Source: an uncultured Lachnospiraceae bacterium
GTDB lineage: Bacteria; Bacillota; Clostridia; Lachnospirales; Lachnospiraceae
Length of the DNA: 64,000 bases
NCBI GenBank assembly: GCA_947589095.1
Contig: CANQBX010000008.1
Location: forward strand, 2,949-66,948
Direction: 5' to 3'
Of the stretch, positions 63,785-64,000 are shown one piece after another. Under the pieces are notes generated by a model, which worked only from the letters and a program-made list of their open reading frames with translations, did no database searches and had not been told where the DNA came from. Position 1 is the stretch's first letter, and every line of letters begins with the position of its first letter. Position numbers and translations under genes: made by a program.

Positions 63785-64000
63785 ATGGATATTTCCGTCA
63801 AGAATGCTTTTGATAAGCTTATAAAAGCGTGTGAACGTATAGATTCTCTCCAGCAAAAACAAAAAAGAGGGTTATCCCTGAAAAGACTTCTCGCAGAGGA
63901 TATTCATGCCTTTATATGTCTGATCTCAAAATCCGGGGCAGAAGAAAGATATAGCTACTTTAATGAAGTATACCAAGGCGGAGCCTACCCGTCTTCTGAA
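63785..64000 (+). CDS. Hypothetical protein, truncated by the window end
   Basis: GAGGTG RBS; MDISVKNAFDKLIKACERIDSLQQ... is open for 72 codons to the edge. Confidence 0.7.
   Translation, partial: MDISVKNAFDKLIKACERIDSLQQKQKRGLSLKRLLAEDIHAFICLISKSGAEERYSYFNEVYQGGAYPSSE

Noticed and set aside
63785-64000. Possible N-terminus of an AAA ATPase (SpoVK/EccA-like)
   Set aside because: Resemblance is faint and no Walker motif lies within the window.

Overview
GC-rich chromosomal segment of a Clostridia-type (Lachnospiraceae-like, inferred from gene content and protein style) bacterium that grades into a visibly AT-richer accessory island from about 52-53.7 kb to the window end. Left to right: end of the trp operon (trpB, trpA); 5'-nucleotidase and PAP2 genes; a redox trio (4Fe-4S membrane protein, an unannotated 52-aa CxxC protein, a membrane-fused TlpA); a LytTR regulator divergent from a C-terminally extended ECF sigma factor; an OmpR-type two-component system with an ABC module; a YdjI/YdjG/YdjH-like operon; a surface-glycan locus (GDP-heptose genes, rfbG/rfbH, licD, gtrB-like); ThrE exporters, pyrC, an ABC-F protein, a BCCT transporter, agcS, a REC-HD-GYP-GGDEF protein, SIMPL and hemZ. 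Three candidates stand out. (1) Two tandem ~329-bp units after hemZ, each encoding a 27-aa hydrophobic peptide missed by the ORF track, with convergent promoters, a sequestered SD and a terminated antisense RNA: a tandem type I toxin-antitoxin locus. (2) In the island, a coupled operon of a membrane-anchored surface protein, a lipoprotein with a C-terminal LHH nuclease domain and a SUKH/SMI1 immunity protein: a candidate lipoprotein-tethered polymorphic toxin in a monoderm. (3) A ~170-nt multi-stem element upstream of that operon. No rRNA, tRNA, CRISPR array, integrase or intact transposase was seen. All family assignments come from reading motifs by eye; no searches were run.
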